From an uncultured Actinomycetes bacterium (GTDB taxonomy: Bacteria > Actinomycetota > Thermoleophilia > Gaiellales > Gaiellaceae), in the NCBI GenBank assembly GCA_963725965.1, contig CAVSAK010000009.1, positions 78,290 through 142,289 on the forward strand: 64,000 nt of DNA. Direction: 5' to 3'. The notes below the pieces were generated by a model. That model saw only the letters and a program-made list of their open reading frames with translations. It searched no databases and was not told where the DNA came from. Made by a program: the position numbers and the translations under genes. Shown here piece after piece: positions 1-7,886 of this stretch (its first letter is position 1; each line of letters starts with the position of its first letter).

Positions 1-137
1 TACGGTCGGCGCTCGATGTCGACGGCCTCGCGCGTGCCGAGCGGCTCGGCCTCGCGGTCGATGGGGGCGAGACGCTGGCGCTCACGCGGCGCGGACGCTT
101 CCTCGGCGGCGGGGTGACGGCCGAGATCATCGCCTGA
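1..137 (+). CDS. 3' end of a HemW/HemN-like radical SAM protein (partial, runs off the window start)
   Basis: The frame ending at TGA 135-137 reads ...LTRRGRFLGGGVTAEIIA, like a HemN_C tail. Its position upstream of hrcA fits the common hemW-hrcA-dnaJ order. Only about 44 codons are visible. Confidence 0.4.
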   Translation, partial: RSALDVDGLARAERLGLAVDGGETLALTRRGRFLGGGVTAEIIA

Positions 138-180
138 GCCTGCCGTCCGGCACGAAACCAGCGGCTAAAATCTCCTGCAA

Positions 181-1218
181 ATGCTGGAAACAGTGCAGCT
201 GAGCGAACGGCAGCAGGCGGTCCTGCGTCGAGTCGTCGAGGAGTTCGTCGGTACCGGACAGCCGGTGGGATCGAAGACGCTCGTCGAGCGTTCCGACCTA
301 CGCGTCTCGCCGTCGACCGTCCGCGCAGCGCTCGCGGAGCTCGAGAATCTCGGGCTGCTCACGCATCCGCACACGTCGGCGGGGCGCGTGCCGACCGAGC
401 GCGGTTACCGCTACTACGCCGACGAGTTGCTCGGCCGACTCGAGCCGCAGCCGGCCGCGTTCCCGCTCGACCTCACGTCGACGAGCACCGAGATCGAGTC
501 GGCTCTGCAAGCGACGACCGAAATGCTCTCACAGGTCACGCGGCTGCTCGCCCTCGTCTCGGCGCCGCCGCTCGAGGCGACCCACGTACGACACGTGGAG
601 GTGCTGCTCCTGCAGCCGCAACTGGTGATGGTCGTCGTCATCACGTCCGCCGGCGGCGTGTCGAAGCGGCTCTTCCACTTCGACGAACCGGTCGACGCCG
701 GAATCGCGCAGTGGGCGAACGACTACCTGAACGAGGCTGTTGCCGGCCTCCAACTCGGTACCGGGCTGCTCCGTCGACGCTTCGAGGAGGTCGGGCTCAG
801 CCCCAACGAGCGTGCATTTCTTGCCGCTCTCTGGCCGGCGTTCACGGAACTCGTCTCGGCCGAGCAGCGACTGTATGTGGGCGGCGCAGCCGATCTCCTC
901 GGCGAAGTCCGCGCGGAGGAGCTCGACGCGTACCGGAGCCTGTTCGAGCTCGTCGAGCGCCGGGCCGACCTGCTCGACGTGCTTGGAGAACCGAGCGCCT
1001 CGCGCCGTCCGTTCGTCCGCCTCGGACACGAGCTCGAGCACCCCGCCCTGGCCGAGATCGCGCTCGTCGGAGCGTGCTACGGGCTCGTGCACCGCGCGCT
1101 CGGTGCGGTCAGCCTCGTCGGCCCTGTCCGGATGGACTACGAGAAGGCGCTCGGCGCCGTGCGCTCGGCCGCGCTCGAGCTGTCGCGCTTCGTCGAGTCG
1201 ATCTACGACGAGGCCTGA
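181..1218 (+). CDS. hrcA: Heat-inducible transcription repressor HrcA
   Basis: 345-aa ORF. The N-terminal wHTH LSERQQAVLRRVVEEFVGTGQPVGSKTL...VSPSTVRAALAELENLGLLTHPHTSAGRVPTERGYRYY is a classic HrcA signature. dnaJ follows. Confidence 0.95.
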   Translation: MLETVQLSERQQAVLRRVVEEFVGTGQPVGSKTLVERSDLRVSPSTVRAALAELENLGLLTHPHTSAGRVPTERGYRYYADELLGRLEPQPAAFPLDLTSTSTEIESALQATTEMLSQVTRLLALVSAPPLEATHVRHVEVLLLQPQLVMVVVITSAGGVSKRLFHFDEPVDAGIAQWANDYLNEAVAGLQLGTGLLRRRFEEVGLSPNERAFLAALWPAFTELVSAEQRLYVGGAADLLGEVRAEELDAYRSLFELVERRADLLDVLGEPSASRRPFVRLGHELEHPALAEIALVGACYGLVHRALGAVSLVGPVRMDYEKALGAVRSAALELSRFVESIYDEA

Positions 1219-1266
1219 GCCGCCACGCGACCTCGGCGGCAGACGCCGACGCTACATTCCGAACAG

Positions 1267-2391
1267 GTGGCGACCACAGACCGGGATTACTACGAGCTGC
1301 TCGGAGTCGGGCGCGAGGCGAGCGAAGGCCAGATCAAGCGCGCCTTCCGGCAGCTCGCGCGCGAGCTTCATCCCGACGTGTCCGACGCGCCGGATGCGCA
1401 CGAGCGCTTCCGTGAGGTCGTCGAGGCGTATGAGGTTCTGTCGAAGACCGAGACGCGCGATCTCTACGACCGCTACGGTCACGCGGGTCTGCGGAGCGGC
1501 GGCTTCCAGGCGGGGCACGTCGACTTCGGCAACCTCGCCGACCTCTTCTCGGCGTTCTTCGGAGACGACGTCATGTTCGGCGGCCGCGCCGGGAGCCGGC
1601 GCGCACGCGGAGCCGACCTCGCCGCGACGGTCGAGATCGACCTCGTCGAGGCCGCGCACGGTGTCACGCGCGAGGTGCCGTACGAGGTCGCGGTGACGTG
1701 CGCGCACTGCGAAGGGAACGGAGCGGAACCGGGCAGCGAGATCAGCGTGTGCACGACGTGCGGCGGCGCCGGGCGGCTGCAGCAGGTGAGTCGGAGCGTC
1801 TTCGGCGAGTTCGTCCGCACGCAGACGTGCCCGACGTGCTCGGGCTCCGGGCGACAGATCGAGCAGCCGTGCTCGGAATGCCACGGCGCAGGGCGCGTCG
1901 TCGAGGAGCGGACGCTCTCGGTCGAGATCCCGCCGGGCATCCACCACGGTCAGCAGATCCGCCACAGCGGAGAGGGACACGCCGGGGTTGTCGGCGGGCG
2001 GGCGGGCGACGTCTACGTAGAGGTGCGGATTCGGCCCGACGAGCGGTTCGTGCGGGAAGGAGACGACATCTACACGACCGTCGCGCTGACCTTCACGCAG
2101 GCCGCGCTCGGCGCGACCGTGGCGGTCCCCACGCTCGAAGGAGAAGAGGAGCTCGAGCTGTCGGCGGGGACGCAGCCGGGTGAGATCGTCGTCCTGCGCG
2201 GGCGCGGCATGCCCGTGCTGCAGGGCCGCGGCCGCGGCGACCAGCGCATCCTCGTCAACGTCCTCGTGCCGAGACACCTGAGCGACGAGCAACGCCGGCT
2301 TCTGCAGGAGTTCGAGGAGCACGCCGACGAGGGCACCTACGGCAAGGCCGACGGTGGGCTCTTCGGCAAGCTCAAGAGCGCCTTCCGCTGA
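1267..2391 (+). CDS. dnaJ: Chaperone DnaJ (hrcA-linked copy)
   Basis: J domain DYYELLGV...HPD, four CxxCxGxG zinc-finger repeats (CAHCEGNG, CTTCGGAG, CPTCSGSG, CSECHGAG), and a C-terminal substrate-binding domain. Confidence 0.95.
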   Translation: MATTDRDYYELLGVGREASEGQIKRAFRQLARELHPDVSDAPDAHERFREVVEAYEVLSKTETRDLYDRYGHAGLRSGGFQAGHVDFGNLADLFSAFFGDDVMFGGRAGSRRARGADLAATVEIDLVEAAHGVTREVPYEVAVTCAHCEGNGAEPGSEISVCTTCGGAGRLQQVSRSVFGEFVRTQTCPTCSGSGRQIEQPCSECHGAGRVVEERTLSVEIPPGIHHGQQIRHSGEGHAGVVGGRAGDVYVEVRIRPDERFVREGDDIYTTVALTFTQAALGATVAVPTLEGEEELELSAGTQPGEIVVLRGRGMPVLQGRGRGDQRILVNVLVPRHLSDEQRRLLQEFEEHADEGTYGKADGGLFGKLKSAFR

Positions 2392-3089
2392 AGCGGTACG
2401 TCGTCGTCGGCGGCGAGCCGGAGCTCGCACTCCTGCTTCACATCTTCCCGGAGGGCGTCGAGGAGCTCGACGGCGCCTACGGCGTCTACGCCGACGAGCC
2501 GCCGCTCGGCTTCGACGTCGTGACCGTCGACGACGTGGCGGACGGCTGGGAAGACGGTTGGCGCGCGTTCCACCACGGCGTTCGGGTCGGGACAGTGTGG
2601 GTGGGGCCGCCGTGGGAGGAGGCTCAGGCTCCGGCCGATTCGATCGCGCTGGTCATCGATCCGGGCCGCGCCTTCGGCACCGGCGCGCATGCCACGACGC
2701 GGCTCTGCCTCGAGCTCCTGCAGAAGGTCGAGCCGGCGAGCTTGCTCGACGTCGGCTGCGGCTCGGGCGTCCTGTCCGTCGCCGCGGCGAAGCTCGGCTT
2801 CGAGCCGGTGCATGCCGTCGACATCGACGAGGTGGCGCTCGAGACGACTCGCGCGAATGCAGCGGCGAACGGCGTCGTCGTCGACGTCGGGTCCGAGCTC
2901 GCGCCAGCGAGCCTGGCCGTGATGAATATCGCGCTCGACGTCGTCGAAGGGATGCTCCCGGAGCTCCCCGTCGCGCGGGCCATCACCTCGGGCTACCTGG
3001 AGCGTGACGAGCCGCGCGTCCACGGGTGGCACCGGGTCCGGCGAAACCTTCGCGACGGCTGGGCGGCCGACCTGCTCGTTCGCGACTAG
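2388..3089 (+). CDS. prmA: Ribosomal protein L11 methyltransferase PrmA (start non-canonical or uncertain)
   Basis: Motifs GRAFGTGAHATTRLCLELL and LLDVGCGSGVLSVAAAKLG. The PrmA-like N-terminal domain (KRYVVVGGEPELALLLHIFPEGVEEL...WEDGWRAFHH) lies upstream of the first canonical start at 2520. The only candidate start is CTG 2388 inside a CTGA overlap with the dnaJ stop. Confidence 0.8.
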   Translation: MKRYVVVGGEPELALLLHIFPEGVEELDGAYGVYADEPPLGFDVVTVDDVADGWEDGWRAFHHGVRVGTVWVGPPWEEAQAPADSIALVIDPGRAFGTGAHATTRLCLELLQKVEPASLLDVGCGSGVLSVAAAKLGFEPVHAVDIDEVALETTRANAAANGVVVDVGSELAPASLAVMNIALDVVEGMLPELPVARAITSGYLERDEPRVHGWHRVRRNLRDGWAADLLVRD

Positions 3090-3158
3090 TCCTCGGAAAG
3101 CGCGTCGGGCGGGCCGAGCAGGAGCTCTCGCCTCCCGTAGCTGATTACCATCGCGGCG

Positions 3159-4355
3159 ATGGCGAGCTTCTCGGTCCGCTTCCTCGGCTGCAAGGTCTCG
3201 CACGTCGACGCGCACGCGGTGCGCGAGCGGCTGCTCGCGGACGGACACGAGGAGCGTGACTGTGCCGACGTGGTCGTCGTGAACACGTGCTGCGTCACGC
3301 ACGAAGCGGTTGCGAAGTCGCGCAAGGAGGCGGCTCGCGCGGCGCGTAGACACCGGCGGGTCTACGTCACCGGGTGCGGCGCGAACCTCGCCGGGGATGC
3401 CTTTTCCGGTTTGCCCGACAACGTCGTGGTCGTCGCGCGCCGGAGCGAGGAGACGCCGGAGTTCGTCGCCGGCGACGTCGGGGCGATCGGCTGCGTCCAG
3501 GCGGACGCCCGCCTCGACCGGGTCCGCGCGTTCGTCAAGGTGCAGGACGGCTGCTCGTTCTCGTGCCGCTTCTGCGTGATCCCACTCGTCCGCGGCGCAT
3601 CGCGCAGCCGTCCGGCCGAGGCCGTGCTCACCGAGATCCGTCGCCGGATCGCCCAGGGGCACCGCGAGGTCGTCCTCACCGGCATCAACCTCGGCTGCTA
3701 CCGCGACCGCGCCGCCGGCTACCGCCTGTCCCACCTCGTCCGCGAAGCGGGCGCGGCACCTGGGCTCGAGCGGCTGCGCCTCTCCTCGATCGAGATCAAC
3801 CACGTCGACGACGAGCTCGTCCGCGCGTTGCGCGAGACGCCGACTGCGAGCCGCCACCTACACGTGCCGCTCCAGTCGGGCGACGACGCCGTCCTGCGCG
3901 CGATGGGTCGCCGCTATTCCGTCGGCACGTACCTCCGCCGGCTCGAGCCGCTGTGCGCCGACTTCAACCTCACGAGCGACGTCATCGTCGGCTTTCCGAC
4001 CGAGGACGGGCGGGCTTTCGAGAACACGCTCCGCGTGGTGGGCGAGGCCGGGCTGACGAAGGTGCACGTCTTCCCTTACTCGCCGCGCCCGGGAACCGGC
4101 ACCGCTGCCGACGACCCGGTGTCGCCGGCGACGAAGAAGGAGCGGAGCGCACGGCTGCGCGCGGCGTCTCACGCGGCCTGCCTCGTCCACTGGCGCTCGA
4201 AGGTCGGTCGCGACGACGTGGTGCTCGTCGACCGCCCGGGTCGCGGCTACGGCGACGACTACTCCCCGTGGCTCGTCCCGGATTCGGCCCCGCTCGGCGA
4301 ACTCGTCGGCGTTCGGGGCGCCGCCGTCTCGGAAGAAGGGATCGTGGCGGCGTGA
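3159..4355 (+). CDS. mtaB: Radical SAM methylthiotransferase, MtaB-like (MiaB/RimO family)
   Basis: N-terminal MTTase domain (FLGCKVSHVD...VVVNTCCVTHEA), radical SAM CSFSCRFC box, and position after prmA as in the yqeV/mtaB synteny. Confidence 0.8.
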   Translation: MASFSVRFLGCKVSHVDAHAVRERLLADGHEERDCADVVVVNTCCVTHEAVAKSRKEAARAARRHRRVYVTGCGANLAGDAFSGLPDNVVVVARRSEETPEFVAGDVGAIGCVQADARLDRVRAFVKVQDGCSFSCRFCVIPLVRGASRSRPAEAVLTEIRRRIAQGHREVVLTGINLGCYRDRAAGYRLSHLVREAGAAPGLERLRLSSIEINHVDDELVRALRETPTASRHLHVPLQSGDDAVLRAMGRRYSVGTYLRRLEPLCADFNLTSDVIVGFPTEDGRAFENTLRVVGEAGLTKVHVFPYSPRPGTGTAADDPVSPATKKERSARLRAASHAACLVHWRSKVGRDDVVLVDRPGRGYGDDYSPWLVPDSAPLGELVGVRGAAVSEEGIVAA

Positions 4356-4663
4356 ACGACTGCCTCTTCTGCAAGCTCTACCACGAGGGCGACCTTGTCG
4401 CAGCGACGGACGGTTTCGTCGCGATCCGCGACATCAACCCGCAGGCGCCGGTGCATCTGCTCGTGATCCCCGAGCGCCATGTCAACTCGTTCCGCGAGAT
4501 CGGCGAGTTCACGGCCGACGAGGACAAGCGGATGCTCGAGTTCGTGGCCGAGGTCGCTGCACGCGGGGGGTTGACGGATTACCGTGTCGAGGTCAACGTG
4601 GGCCCAAGCGCGGGCCAGACGATTTTCCATCTGCACTGGCACATCAAAGGCGGCTGGGCTTGA
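4352..4663 (+). CDS. HIT (histidine triad) family protein
   Basis: GTG 4352 lies in a GTGA overlap with the mtaB stop. The sequence reads CLFCKL...NPQAPVHLLVIPERH...IFHLHWHIKGG (HxHxHxx motif). Confidence 0.85.
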   Translation: MNDCLFCKLYHEGDLVAATDGFVAIRDINPQAPVHLLVIPERHVNSFREIGEFTADEDKRMLEFVAEVAARGGLTDYRVEVNVGPSAGQTIFHLHWHIKGGWA

Positions 4664-4730
4664 GCCGTAGGCTCGACGGAGTCGAACAAGGAGTGGAGGC
4701 GGCGGCTTTGCCGGCGCCGGAGCGGAAATG
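4661..4730 (+). repeat. 70-nt intergenic element, copy A (TGA of the HIT gene to ATG of the yqeY-like gene)
   Basis: Near-identical to 50780-50849 (+) and to the reverse complement of 25573-25642. Contains a GC hairpin at 4698-4718 and GGAG five nt before the ATG. Confidence 0.85.
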
Positions 4731-5171
4731 AGCCTGATCGAGGACATCGACGACGAACTGAAGGATGCGATGCGGGCGCGCGACGCGGAGCGTCGCGACA
4801 CGCTGCGACTGATCCTCAACGCGCTCAAGAACTCGGAGAAGGAGCTGCAGCGTCCCCTCAGCGAGGACGAGGAGCTGCAGGTGCTGCAACGCGAGCGGAA
4901 GCAGCGGGTCGAGGCGGCCGAGGCCTTCCGCACCGGCGGGCGCGAAGAGCAGGCTGCGGCCGAGGAGCGCGAGCTCGACGTGCTCGAGGAGTTCATGCCC
5001 GAGCCGCTCTCCGAGGACGAGGTGGAGGAGATCGTCGATGATGTCATCGCCGAGGTGGGGGCGACGAGCATGGCTGACCTCGGCCGGGTGATGGCCGACG
5101 TGATGCCGCAGATCGCCGGCCGCGCGGACGGCTCACAGGTCAGCCAGATCGTCCGCGAAAAGCTCGCCTAG
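4728..5171 (+). CDS. GatB/YqeY domain protein
   Basis: 147 aa. MSLIEDIDDELKDAMRARDAERRDTLRLILNALKNSEKE is a typical YqeY N-terminus. Confidence 0.85.
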   Translation: MSLIEDIDDELKDAMRARDAERRDTLRLILNALKNSEKELQRPLSEDEELQVLQRERKQRVEAAEAFRTGGREEQAAAEERELDVLEEFMPEPLSEDEVEEIVDDVIAEVGATSMADLGRVMADVMPQIAGRADGSQVSQIVREKLA

Positions 5172-5216
5172 TTCGCGAGGCTCCGCTTGGCTCGCGTCTG
5201 AGCCGGAGGCACGAAG

Positions 5217-5244
5217 CACCGCCGAGACCGCGCTCTCGGCGGTG
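5217..5244. terminator. Candidate bidirectional terminator hairpin between convergent genes
   Basis: Perfect 11-bp stem CACCGCCGAGA / TCTCGGCGGTG with the 6-nt loop CCGCGC, flanked by an outer inverted repeat GCACGAAGC (5209-5217) / GCTTCGTGC (5269-5277). No clear U tract. Confidence 0.45.
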
Positions 5245-5278
5245 CGGAGTTCCGTCTCCAGCGCGTCAGCTTCGTGCG

Positions 5279-6406
5279 CTAGGGAACGCGCCGGGCGCCG
5301 TCGTAGCCGCCGAAGCTCGACATACTGTCGATGCGGACGACGGAACCCGTGTGCGGCGCATCGACGAACCGGCCGCCGCCGAGGTAGATCCCGACGTGGC
5401 CGAGGCCGTTGAAGAAAACGAGGTCGCCGGGTGCCGGTGACGAGATCGGCTGCGTGGCGTTCCACTGGGCCACGGTGTAGTGCGGGAGCGAGATCCCGAG
5501 CTGTGCGTAGACGTACATCACGAGGCCGGAGCAGTCGAAGCCGCTCGGGCTCGCGCCACCGTAGACGTACGGGACGCCGAGGTACCTCAGCGCGATCGAG
5601 GCAGCCGCCGAATGGCCGGCGCCGCCATTCCCGACGGGAACACTGACCGGCGGGGGCACGATCGTCGGCGCGGACGAGGGCGCCGACTGCGCCTGTTGAG
5701 CCTGGGCTCGCTCTGCCGCCTTCCGCACGGCCTCCTCCTGGCGCAACCGCTCCAGCGCTGCGGCCCTCGCTGCCCGCTCGCGCGCCGCCTCCTGCGCCTG
5801 CAGCTGCGAAATCGTCGTGTGGATCGACGCGAGCAGCCGCTTCTGCTGCCCGAGCTCCGACAGGACCGTGCGGTGCTCGGCCTCGATCTCGCTTACCGCA
5901 GCCTCGCGCTTTTGCTCGAGTTGCTTCAGCTGCCGCTCCCGTGACTGCACCGAGTGCTCGAAGCTGAGCGCCTGCTGTCCGAGCGCGGCGTCCTGGTTCG
6001 AGAGCACCTGCGCGGACTCGGCGCGGTCGATGAGCTGCGAGATGCTGTGTGCGCCGGCGAGCACGTCGACCGTGCTCGGAGCGCCGTTCACGTAGAGCGA
6101 GTACAGGCGCGCCTCGAGCCGCTTCTGCGCGGCGTGGAGGTTGCCCCGCGCCACGTGGAGTCGGTACTCGTTTTGCTGCAGGCTGTGCTTGACGAGCGTC
6201 AGGCGCTGCTTCGCGCTCCACTCTCGGTCCTGGACGGCCTGGAGCTTGTCCCCGATCTGGTTGACCTGCGCAAGGACCGAACGCTCGTGGGTCTGCTGCG
6301 CGCGGATCTCAGGCGTCGAGTGCGCGCCCGCGACAGTGGCCGCCAGCGCTGCTGCGAGAGCGGCGAAGGCGAGCGTGCAGAGGAGTACGAGACCGTGACG
6401 TCGCAT
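5279..6406 (-). CDS. Secreted NlpC/P60 peptidoglycan endopeptidase with an N-terminal coiled-coil region (RipA-like architecture)
   Basis: Signal peptide MRRHGLVLLCTLAFAALAAALA, then a long Q/E/A-rich coiled coil. The C-terminal region reads YVYGGASPSGFDCSGLVMYVYAQLGISLPH...GDLVFFNGLGHVGIYLGGGRFVDAPHTG. Confidence 0.9.
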   Translation of the reverse strand: MRRHGLVLLCTLAFAALAAALAATVAGAHSTPEIRAQQTHERSVLAQVNQIGDKLQAVQDREWSAKQRLTLVKHSLQQNEYRLHVARGNLHAAQKRLEARLYSLYVNGAPSTVDVLAGAHSISQLIDRAESAQVLSNQDAALGQQALSFEHSVQSRERQLKQLEQKREAAVSEIEAEHRTVLSELGQQKRLLASIHTTISQLQAQEAARERAARAAALERLRQEEAVRKAAERAQAQQAQSAPSSAPTIVPPPVSVPVGNGGAGHSAAASIALRYLGVPYVYGGASPSGFDCSGLVMYVYAQLGISLPHYTVAQWNATQPISSPAPGDLVFFNGLGHVGIYLGGGRFVDAPHTGSVVRIDSMSSFGGYDGARRVP

Positions 6407-6552
6407 AGGAAACGGCGTTGCAAAGGGGACCCGAGCCCGGGACGCTAGCGCATAGAGCTGACGGAGTCATGTTCGTGCTCGCCGCAACGAACCCTTGTTC
6501 CCTTCTTCCCGGGCGCCCGGGAGCTGCCGCAGAGCGCCCTACACTGCCGTTT

Positions 6553-7512
6553 GTGCAAACGGTTCTCGACGTCTCGAACGAGGTCGCGGCGGAGCTCGCG
6601 GGCATCGGCGACCCGGTTCTCGAGGCGCTCCGGGACCGGCTCGGCTGCACCGTCAACCTCCGCGGCAACCGCCTCACGCTGGCCGGAGACGGCCCGAAGG
6701 TCGCGGAGGCGCAAGCAGTGGTCGAGGAGCTCGTCGAGCTCGTCGAGGGCGGCCAGGAGGTCGGCGCAGGCACCGTCGACGCCATCCTCGGCGCCATCGA
6801 CCAGGCCGAGGACGTGCGCGAGATTTTCTCCGACGTCGTCTGGTCGCACCGCGGCAAGCGGATCACGCCGAAGACCGTCACGCAGAAGCGCTACGTCGAC
6901 GCCATCCGCGAGTGCACCGTCACCTTTGGCATCGGCCCGGCGGGGACGGGCAAGACATATCTCGCGATCGCGCTCGCCGTGGCGGCTTTGTCGGAGAGGC
7001 AGGTCGGCCGCATCATCCTCACCCGCCCCGCGGTCGAGGCCGGCGAGCGGCTGGGCTTCCTGCCCGGCGACGTGCTCGCAAAGGTCGACCCGTACATGCG
7101 GCCGCTGTTCGACGCGCTCTACGACACGATGGACCCGGAGAGGCTCAACGCGTACATGGAGCGCGGCACGATCGAGGTCGCGCCGTTGGCATTCATGCGT
7201 GGCCGGACCCTCAACGACAGCTTCGTCATCCTCGACGAGGCGCAGAACACCTCTCCCGAGCAGATGCAGATGTTCCTCACCCGGCTCGGCTTCGGCTCGA
7301 AGATGGTGGTGACCGGGGACGTGACCCAGGTCGACCTGCCGCGCGAGCAGGCGTCCGGCTTGATCCAGGTGCGCGAGATCCTGGCCAGCGTCGACGGAAT
7401 CGCGTTCGTCGAGTTCAGCCATCAGGACGTCGTCCGCCACAAGCTCGTGCAGCGGATCGTGGAGGCCTACAAGCGCCACACCGAGCAGACCGGGTCGCAG
7501 CGGAGCCGGTGA
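6553..7512 (+). CDS. phoH: PhoH-like ATPase (PhoH/YbeZ)
   Basis: Walker A GIGPAGTGKTYLAIALAV, DEAQN, and a PhoH C-terminal region. The ORF track starts at 6418; GTG 6553 is preferred because it gives a PhoH-sized protein and leaves a divergent promoter gap. Confidence 0.88.
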   Translation: MQTVLDVSNEVAAELAGIGDPVLEALRDRLGCTVNLRGNRLTLAGDGPKVAEAQAVVEELVELVEGGQEVGAGTVDAILGAIDQAEDVREIFSDVVWSHRGKRITPKTVTQKRYVDAIRECTVTFGIGPAGTGKTYLAIALAVAALSERQVGRIILTRPAVEAGERLGFLPGDVLAKVDPYMRPLFDALYDTMDPERLNAYMERGTIEVAPLAFMRGRTLNDSFVILDEAQNTSPEQMQMFLTRLGFGSKMVVTGDVTQVDLPREQASGLIQVREILASVDGIAFVEFSHQDVVRHKLVQRIVEAYKRHTEQTGSQRSR

Positions 7513-7886
7513 TCGACGTCGAGCTCGTCAACCGTTCGGGCAGCGAGGTGGACGAGACGGCCGCGGTCGAGCTCGCGCGCACCGTCCTCGCGGGTGAGGG
7601 CGTCGGAGCGGGAGAGCTCGGGCTCGCATTCGTCGGGCCGGACGAGAGCCGTGCGCTGAAACGGGAGCACCTCGGCGTCGACGAGGCGACCGACGCGCTC
7701 GCCTTCCCGATCGACGGCTTGGGCGCGCTTCCGGACGGTGTGCCGCGCCAGCTCGGCGACGTCGTGCTGTGTCCGGCGGTGGTCGGCGAAGAGTGGCGCG
7801 GGCCGCTCGTGCACGCTCTCCTCCACCTCGTCGGCTACGACCACGGGTCCGAGATGGAGGCGCGCGAGGCGGTGTATTCGGCGTGA
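7509..7886 (+). CDS. ybeY: rRNA maturation endoribonuclease YbeY
   Basis: GTG 7509 lies in a GTGA overlap with the phoH stop. Metal-binding motif HALLHLVGYDH. Confidence 0.9.
   Translation: MIDVELVNRSGSEVDETAAVELARTVLAGEGVGAGELGLAFVGPDESRALKREHLGVDEATDALAFPIDGLGALPDGVPRQLGDVVLCPAVVGEEWRGPLVHALLHLVGYDHGSEMEAREAVYSA

Noticed and set aside
138-1266. A CIRCE operator (TTAGCACTC-N9-GAGTGCTAA), expected near hrcA/dnaJ.
   Set aside because: Neither the 43-nt gap before hrcA nor the 48-nt hrcA-dnaJ gap contains anything resembling the inverted repeat. The HrcA targets (groES/groEL) are presumably elsewhere.
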